Below, in pieces: positions 55,807 through 64,000 of a stretch of 64,000 nt of DNA. This stretch comes from Candidatus Sericytochromatia bacterium (GTDB taxonomy: Bacteria > Cyanobacteriota > Sericytochromatia > S15B-MN24 > UBA4093). Every line of letters begins with the position of its first letter. The first letter of the stretch is position 1. The position numbers and the translations under genes are program-made. The DNA is taken from positions 64,001 to 128,000 of the forward strand of contig JAKFBU010000023.1 in assembly GCA_036676985.1 (NCBI GenBank). The letters run 5' to 3'. Under the pieces are notes generated by a model. It was not told where the DNA came from and did no database searches. It saw only the letters and a program-made list of their open reading frames with translations.

Positions 55807-55837
55807 AGCGGCCCGCCTCCAAGGGAGGCGGGCCGCT
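55807..55837. terminator. Hairpin between convergent genes
   Basis: 14-bp stem AGCGGCCCGCCTCC-aag-GGAGGCGGGCCGCT. Confidence 0.7.
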
Positions 55838-55857
55838 TTGTTCGGGCAGGCGCGGCG

Positions 55858-57015
55858 CTAGATGACCATGACCTCTTCGACGCCCATGGCCTCCTCCCCC
55901 GCGAAGCGCTCGATCGAGAGCGAGGAGACGTCGATGGCGGGCGCCTGGCCCATGGCCATGGCGGCGATGACCTCGCCGCACGCGGGCGCGTGCATGAAGC
56001 CGTGGCCGCTGAAGCCCGCCGCCACGATGGCGTTGCGGAACTGGGGCAGTGGGCCGAGGATCGGGTGGTGGTCCGGCGTGACCTCGTAGAGGCCCGCCCA
56101 GCTCGCTGCGATGGCGGACTCCTCGAGGCGCGGGATGCGCGCGATCGCCGCCTCGACGATCTCGACGGTGAAGGCCTCGTCCACGTTGGTGTTGAACGCC
56201 GGCTGCTCGGCCTTGTTGGCGAGGCCCAGGAGCATGCCGTTGGACTCGGGGTGCATGTAGATGCCCGAGCCGTTGTCGACCATCATGGGCCAGCGCATGT
56301 CCACCCAGTCCATGGGGGCGGTGGTCACGATCTGCCGGCGGATGGGGACGATGGGGATGTCCACGCCCAACAGCTTGCCGAGCTCGCCGGTCCAGGCGCC
56401 CGAGGCCAGGATGACCTGGTCGCAGGCGATGTCGCCCTGGGGCGTCTTGACGGCCAGCACGCGATCGCCCGCCACCTCGAAGCCCGTGACGGGACGCTCG
56501 GGGTGGATGGTGACGCCGAGCTGCCTGGCGACCTTGAGGTAGCCCTGGTGGAAGCCGTGCGGGTCTGCGAGGCCGTCGATGGCGCAGTAGTTGCCGCCGA
56601 GCACGTCGGAGACCTCGAGCTCGGGACAGAGGTCGCGGATCCGGTCGGGACCGAGGAGCTCGACGGGCACGCCGTGCGCGCGCTGGAAGGCCGCGGCCGC
56701 CTGCGATCGCTCCCACTGCTCGGGGCTCGTGGACATGAACAGGTAGCCCACCTGGCGGAAGTCGACCTCGACGCCCATCTCCTCGGCGAAGCGCTCGAAC
56801 TGGGGGATGGAGGCCAAGGACAGCTGGACGTTGACGGCCGTGCTGAACTGCGCCCGGATGCCGCCCGCGCACTTGGCGGTGGATTCCTTGCCGAAGAAGA
56901 GTTCCTTGTCGAGGAGGACGACCTCCTGCATGCCGCTCTTGGCGAGGTGATAGGCGATCGCCGCCCCGATGATCCCGCCGCCGATGACGACGACCTGCGC
57001 GCGCTCCATGGCCAC
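55858..57015 (-). CDS. FAD-dependent oxidoreductase, DAO/sarcosine oxidase beta/proline dehydrogenase family
   Basis: VVVIGGGIIG, STAKCAGGIRAQF, GYLF, WAGLYEVTPDHHPILG, GFSGHGFMHAP. Confidence 0.9.
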   Translation of the reverse strand: MAMERAQVVVIGGGIIGAAIAYHLAKSGMQEVVLLDKELFFGKESTAKCAGGIRAQFSTAVNVQLSLASIPQFERFAEEMGVEVDFRQVGYLFMSTSPEQWERSQAAAAFQRAHGVPVELLGPDRIRDLCPELEVSDVLGGNYCAIDGLADPHGFHQGYLKVARQLGVTIHPERPVTGFEVAGDRVLAVKTPQGDIACDQVILASGAWTGELGKLLGVDIPIVPIRRQIVTTAPMDWVDMRWPMMVDNGSGIYMHPESNGMLLGLANKAEQPAFNTNVDEAFTVEIVEAAIARIPRLEESAIAASWAGLYEVTPDHHPILGPLPQFRNAIVAAGFSGHGFMHAPACGEVIAAMAMGQAPAIDVSSLSIERFAGEEAMGVEEVMVI

Positions 57016-57159
57016 TTCATTCTCCCCCGGCTACGGGCCGGAAACAGTCCTGCGGCCCAATTGTAGCAGGGCGCGCGCCGCATGACCAGGCAATCGTAGC
57101 GCTATCGGGGCGCGAGCGCCCGCCCGCGCCGCAGCCTGGTCGCTCCACGCCCCAAACAG

Positions 57160-57192
57160 CGGGCGCCAGGCCTAAAAGCGGCCTGGCGCCCG
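57160..57192 (-). terminator. Terminator-like hairpin
   Basis: CGGGCGCCAGGCC-loop-GGCCTGGCGCCCG downstream of the LysM gene. Confidence 0.55.
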
Positions 57193-57213
57193 GGGATGGA
57201 AGGAAAGGGGGGC

Positions 57214-57912
57214 CTAGTCCTCGAGGGTCGGCCCGTACTGCCGCGAGCCGACGGTGATGCCCGTCATGTAGGTCGCGTAGGTCTCGAACAGCGTGTCCAC
57301 CTGCTGACGGTAGCGGGTGAAGGTCGAGGCCGGGAGCGTTCCCTTCGCCACCGCGCCCTCGAGGATTACGAGCGCCGCCTGGGCGGACTCCAGGGTGCGC
57401 GAGCTGGTGTCGATCCAGGTGAGGAGGCGGTTGAAGTCCGTGGGGGGCTTGGCGATCGCCGCTCCGTCGATGGTCTGACGGGCCTTGGTGATGGCGACGG
57501 CCTCCGGGCTCGGCGCGGGCGGCTTGGGGGTGACGGGCGGCTTCGGCGTGACCGGGGGCTTGGGGGTCACGGGCGGCTGGGGAGTGACCGCGCCCGTGTT
57601 CAGCTTGATGACGTCGCCGGGGTAAATCCACCAGCCGTCCGCCGCGCGGCGACGGCCCTTGGAGTCGCGGCCGTCCCGGAAGATCTCGGGGTTGAGGCGC
57701 TTGAGGGTGGCGACGGAGACGCCCGTCTTCTGCGCGATCCGCTCGATGGTGTCGCCCTTGACCACCGTGTAGGTCCGCGGGCGGGCGGCAGCCGTGGGCA
57801 CGTAGGCGTCCTGCAGGGCCGCGCTGATGATGGCCTCGGGCGTCTGGGCCAAGAAGCGCTTGGGGGAACTCGTGACCGGCAGCGGGTGGAGGTCGAACGT
57901 CGTGAGCGTCAT
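57214..57912 (-). CDS. LysM-domain protein with PPVTPK repeats
   Basis: YTVVKGDTIERIAQKTGVSVATLKRLNP..IYPGDVIKL with an insertion; (PPVTPK)x3 linker; helical C-terminus; no signal peptide. Confidence 0.8.
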   Translation of the reverse strand: MTLTTFDLHPLPVTSSPKRFLAQTPEAIISAALQDAYVPTAAARPRTYTVVKGDTIERIAQKTGVSVATLKRLNPEIFRDGRDSKGRRRAADGWWIYPGDVIKLNTGAVTPQPPVTPKPPVTPKPPVTPKPPAPSPEAVAITKARQTIDGAAIAKPPTDFNRLLTWIDTSSRTLESAQAALVILEGAVAKGTLPASTFTRYRQQVDTLFETYATYMTGITVGSRQYGPTLED

Positions 57913-58038
57913 TACGAAAAACTCCCGTCTTGGTGGCGTAGGGTTCTAGACGGGTTATGGGGCCTTAACGAGCTGTACACTCTCGCCTTGGCCAAAGCTT
58001 GACCAAGGCTTAACTGTTCGTTTACCTCTGGACGCCGC

Positions 58039-60288
<2,250 letters not shown>

Positions 60289-60603
60289 GGTGGGAAAGCT
60301 CCTTCTAGGCCTCAATTCTAGCGCGTCCCAGGGCATCTATCAAACGCAAGACGGCCAGTTGCGCGGATCTGAGACGTTTCTAACGGTGAAACGAGCCTCG
60401 CGACCGGGCGTGCGAGAGAAAATTTTCTCCCCTCTGCACAAGCCCGCAGGAATGACCGGCCCTAGAGGCGGGCGACAGGAGGCAAGACGTGACGAGCGGG
60501 CGTTTTCAACGGGCCCCATGGCCCCTAGGCTCATGCGGAAGGCGGCACCCAGGTGGGCAGCCTGGCGGCCGAGTGCGAGTGCGAGTGAAGGAGGGGAAAC
60601 CGC

Positions 60604-61095
60604 ATGAAGGCGATGGTGGGAACGGCGTTGGCACTCAGCCTGGCGCTGGTCGGATGCCAGGGCAACGAGAACCAGGGCGGTGGCGGCGGAACGACCGCCG
60701 ACAAGCAAACCCAGGCCGAACGGACTGACGAGCGCGCCGGCACGATGGGGCGCGATACGACCGAGAAGCTGCAGCAGCAGACCCACGACAACCTGCGGGA
60801 CGCCACCAAGAACGCCAGCGAGGCCCGGACCAGCGTGGCGAAGAAGGACTGGCCCGCGGCCAAGGACAACCTGGACGAGGTCCAGGACGATCTCAACAGC
60901 GTCGTCAAGGACATCCACCCGAGCAAGCAGGCCGAGGTCACCCAGATCCGGGCCATGGCGGACAAGGCGCATGCCTCCGTCAAGAACCACTCGGCCAACG
61001 CCCAGCAGGATATCGACAGGCTGGTCGCCGGCCTCAACAAGTTCACCACCTCCGAGGTCAAGGCAGGCGGCGGCAAGCCCACCCAGAAGAAGTAG
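60604..61095 (+). CDS. Helical lipoprotein of unknown function
   Basis: Lipobox LVG-C; RBS AGGAGG; helical-bundle-like mature part. Confidence 0.8.
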   Translation: MKAMVGTALALSLALVGCQGNENQGGGGGTTADKQTQAERTDERAGTMGRDTTEKLQQQTHDNLRDATKNASEARTSVAKKDWPAAKDNLDEVQDDLNSVVKDIHPSKQAEVTQIRAMADKAHASVKNHSANAQQDIDRLVAGLNKFTTSEVKAGGGKPTQKK

Positions 61096-61100
61096 CCATG

Positions 61101-61143
61101 AAAAAAGCAGGCCGCCCGGTATCGGGCGGCCTGCTCGTCTTTT
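61101..61143. terminator. Bidirectional terminator
   Basis: AAAAA-AGCAGGCCGCCCG-gtat-CGGGCGGCCTGCT-cgtcTTTT between convergent genes. Confidence 0.8.
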
Positions 61144-61150
61144 CGGGGGA

Positions 61151-61573
61151 CTAGGTCCGATAGAACCAGGCCGCCGCCTTGGTGTGGAAGAAGGCCACGA
61201 TCAGGCAGACGACGGTGATCGCGAGGCCGAAGGTCAACGCCCCCGAGATGCTCTCGGCGATGAACGGGGTGATGGCCATGCCGCCCACCACCTTGTTGGT
61301 GAGGGCCGTGGCGCCCAGGCCGTAGAGCCAGATGGGCGCGATGACGCCCAGCACGATGGTCGCCCACCACGCGACGTTCGCCTTGAAGGCGCCCATCATC
61401 CAGGACTTCATCGAGCGCTGGGGGAAGGCCAGGCCGAACCAGTACGATCCCATGAAGGTGAAGACGACGGTGAAGACGAAGAGCAGGATGAGCTGGCCCG
61501 CACCACCCGGATACCAGTAGCCGTGGTGCATGTAGCCGAGACCAGAGTTGGCGCTGGCGAGTGCGATCTGCAT
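61151..61573 (-). CDS. Small membrane protein (140 aa)
   Basis: 3-4 hydrophobic helices; RBS AAGGAGAG. Confidence 0.75.
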   Translation of the reverse strand: MQIALASANSGLGYMHHGYWYPGGAGQLILLFVFTVVFTFMGSYWFGLAFPQRSMKSWMMGAFKANVAWWATIVLGVIAPIWLYGLGATALTNKVVGGMAITPFIAESISGALTFGLAITVVCLIVAFFHTKAAAWFYRT

Positions 61574-61683
61574 GACGAGGAATCTCTCCTTGGAAGGGAT
61601 GCTGGTGCGATGAGCGGGCCCGGTCGTTGGGCTGAGCTATTTTACCACAGCTTGGCCGCTTTGATCTCCGCCCACACGATTGT

Positions 61684-62274
61684 TTACGCCAAAGGCAGGA
61701 CGGCGATCGCCCGTGGCTCGGCCGGACAGGCCGCAAGACACTGACCGCACCCCGTGCAACCCAGCGGTACCACCAGAGGACGTCCCTCCGAGAGGACGAT
61801 CCCCTGCTCGCCCACCGGACACGCGTCCACGCATGCCCGGCAATCCTGGCCCTGATGAGCCAGGCAGCGATCGGAGGCCACCTCCGCCCGACCCAGGCGG
61901 ATCGCGCGGGGGGGCGTCGGCTGGAGGGCGCCCGGCTCGCACGCGGCGATGCACGGCGTGTCGGCGCACAGGAGGCACGCCGCCGCGCCCAGGTCGTGCA
62001 TGAAGGGCGTGCCCGCGGGCGCGCCGTCGCCGCGGCCCGCGACCTTGATGGCGAAGGCGGGACAAACCCGCGCGCACGCGTCGCAGCGGGTGCAGGCCGC
62101 GAGGAACTCCGGCTCCGGGCGCGCGCCGGGCGGGCGCAGCACCGCGACCCGCCGGGGGGCGGGCGGAGGCTGCAGGCCGAGCCATGCCCCGAAGAGGCTG
62201 CCCAGCCCCTTGCCGAGGCTCGACATCCCCGCCTGGACGAAGGCCTGTCGATCGATGCGGTCGTTGGGGTCCAT
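61684..62274 (-). CDS. NapF/MauM-like polyferredoxin (4Fe-4S dicluster)
   Basis: LRPPGA..FLAACTRCDACARVCP, C.LC...PC..AC, C..CVDACP, CTGCGQCLAACP. Start taken at ATG 62274. Confidence 0.85.
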   Translation of the reverse strand: MDPNDRIDRQAFVQAGMSSLGKGLGSLFGAWLGLQPPPAPRRVAVLRPPGARPEPEFLAACTRCDACARVCPAFAIKVAGRGDGAPAGTPFMHDLGAAACLLCADTPCIAACEPGALQPTPPRAIRLGRAEVASDRCLAHQGQDCRACVDACPVGEQGIVLSEGRPLVVPLGCTGCGQCLAACPAEPRAIAVLPLA

Positions 62275-62448
62275 GCCCCACAGCATAGCAAACCCAGGCG
62301 CCACAACGCATCCCCCTGCCGCCCGGGGCTGAAGCCCCGTCGCCGCGGCCCTCACGAAGTGAGCGGAGCTTGTCAAGATTGTAAACATCTATTAAGTTAG
62401 CGCCATCGCACGCGTCTCGACCCTTTTGCCCATGGGAAGGAGGCCATC

Positions 62449-63144
62449 ATGGATCGGGAGTTCAATCGACCGGAGGTCGGCACCGCGGCTGACGTCCGGC
62501 GGAGCATGATCATGGCGCGGGACGTCGCGCCCACCCACCCCGAGCTGATCGAGAACCTCGGCATCACCCGCCTGGAGAAGGTGGAGCCCTTCGGCTCCGA
62601 CCTCATCCACTGGGGGTCCATCTGGGGCGGCTTCTTCATGTACCTCGCCCTGACGCTGATCCTGGTGGCCGCGTCCATCTCGGTCGGCGCGCTCGCCGTG
62701 ACCCCGACCGGCGCGACCCCGCCCGCCGGGCAGGTGGCGGGAACCGTCGGCGTGACGATGGGCATCATCCTGCTGCTGGCGACCTTCGCCGGCGCGGTCC
62801 TGGGGGGCTGGACCTCCAACCTACGCTCCCGCTGGCCGGCCCTGGTCAACGGCCTCGTGTACGCCGCCCTGGTCGTCTGCGCGCCGGTCCTCATGACGAT
62901 CCTGCTCGGCATCCTGAGCGCCAGCGCCACGGCCGGAGCCGTCGCCCAGGCCCAGGCCACCCAGGGCAACGTCTTCATGCCGGGCCTCACCATGAACAGC
63001 GCCCTGGTGGACGCTGTCGCGGCCAATGTCGGCTGGTTCTCCCTGGGCTCGATCCTCATGCTGGTCGTCGGCGCCGTCGGCTACTTCGTCGGCATGCGCG
63101 CCCACCTGGCGGATCTCGGCCTCAAGCGCATGAACCGCACCTAG
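62449..63144 (+). CDS. Membrane protein (WGSIWGG-type, 4 TM)
   Basis: RBS AAGGAGG; soluble N-terminus, then IHWGSIWGGFF and four hydrophobic helices. Confidence 0.78.
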   Translation: MDREFNRPEVGTAADVRRSMIMARDVAPTHPELIENLGITRLEKVEPFGSDLIHWGSIWGGFFMYLALTLILVAASISVGALAVTPTGATPPAGQVAGTVGVTMGIILLLATFAGAVLGGWTSNLRSRWPALVNGLVYAALVVCAPVLMTILLGILSASATAGAVAQAQATQGNVFMPGLTMNSALVDAVAANVGWFSLGSILMLVVGAVGYFVGMRAHLADLGLKRMNRT

Positions 63145-63152
63145 CTGCCGCC

Positions 63153-63185
63153 GCGAGGGCCCCGTCCGCTGGGCGGGGCCCTCGC
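63153..63185 (+). terminator. Terminator-like hairpin
   Basis: GCGAGGGCCCCGTCC-gct-GGGCGGGGCCCTCGC. Confidence 0.6.
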
Positions 63186-63278
63186 CCTACAGGCGTGTCA
63201 GGCTGGGATTCCACTTAATAGTTTGTTACAATCGTCGCAAAGCCGCATGGAATGGTTGCTTGGGGAGGAGGGGAAAGT

Positions 63279-64000
63279 ATGCCGTTCAACCTCTATGACG
63301 CGATCGCGGCGGGGCTCTGGGCGACCGTCGCGTTCACGGGGTTCATGACCCTCATGCTCGCGCTGGGCTTCGTCCACGTGGACTTTGCCCGCCTCTTGGG
63401 CGGCATCTTCATGCCCCGCCTCGACCGGACGGCCGCCGTGGTGGGCCTGATCGTGAACTACGTCATCGGCGTGGGGTTCGGCCTCGTCTACGCGGCCATC
63501 TTCGCCTACGTGGGGATCGGCGCCGTCCTCTGGCTCACGACGATCGTGGGGGCGGGCTTCGGCCTCTACCACTGGATCCTGTCCATGCCCCTCTTGAGCA
63601 TCGGCCGCGTCCTCAACCCGCACATCAAGCGGGGCGAGGAGCCCGACCCCGGCATCTGGGGGATCCACTACGGGCCCCAGGAAGCCTTCTTCCGGCTGAT
63701 CGGGCACGTGATCTACGGCTCGGTCTTCGGCTTCGCGTACACGGCAATCGCCCTGCTCAACGGGACGGCCACCGGAGAGACCGCCTTCGGCAACGGCACG
63801 GCCATCCTGCTCGCCTTGGTGCTCGCCGGTGCGGTCGTCTACCTCTACATCGCATGGGCGCACCCCGAGCGGAACGAGGGGGTCGTCTTCCAGGCGGGCG
63901 AGCCCTCCGCTGACGACGAGCGCTGGCAGGCGCGCCAGGACCTGCGCATGCGCTACGAGCACGGCGAGATCACCTGGGAGGAGTACCAGATCCTGCGCCG
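63279..64000 (+). CDS. Membrane protein with C-terminal SHOCT motif; 3'-partial (not in the ORF track)
   Basis: RBS GGAGGAGG, then MPFNLYDAIAAGLWATVAFTGFM..GHVIYGSVFG..; ends LRMRYEHGEITWEEYQILR (SHOCT-like); open to the window end. Confidence 0.8.
   Translation, partial: MPFNLYDAIAAGLWATVAFTGFMTLMLALGFVHVDFARLLGGIFMPRLDRTAAVVGLIVNYVIGVGFGLVYAAIFAYVGIGAVLWLTTIVGAGFGLYHWILSMPLLSIGRVLNPHIKRGEEPDPGIWGIHYGPQEAFFRLIGHVIYGSVFGFAYTAIALLNGTATGETAFGNGTAILLALVLAGAVVYLYIAWAHPERNEGVVFQAGEPSADDERWQARQDLRMRYEHGEITWEEYQILR

Overview
This is a high-GC (roughly two-thirds by inspection) bacterial chromosomal segment that is densely coding. I see no tRNA, rRNA, CRISPR array, integrase or transposase. Core genes are recQ, folC, a yhaM-like gene, galT, mutS, pdp, deoB, glgA, a yabN/mazG fusion, a prsA-like gene, mfd, rocD and maeB. 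Firmicute-like synteny (mfd-prsA-mazG, pdp, deoB) sits alongside a TolC-family protein, cyanobacteria-like genes and many GCGATCGC (HIP1) sites. This suggests, by inference only, a diderm Terrabacterium such as a non-photosynthetic relative of Cyanobacteria. The best leads for undescribed biology are: (1) a DUF2239 + GIY-YIG operon whose promoter is covered by two near-identical 20-bp palindromes; (2) a PilB/GspE homologue with degenerate catalytic motifs but an intact MshEN c-di-GMP motif, near a DUF4388-MshEN protein; (3) a Wzy-type polysaccharide locus with a half-length TolC instead of Wza, a kinase-less Wzc and a pseudo-nucleotidyltransferase/priming-transferase fusion; (4) an RPH/PigC-architecture phosphotransferase with a TPR protein and an OleC-like ligase; (5) a CheY-SRAP-tandem pseudo-receiver cassette; (6) an ALDH12-like dehydrogenase near rocD; and (7) an 11-bp-phased (G/C)TTA box motif in six promoters. 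All family calls come from motifs read by eye; no database searches were run.
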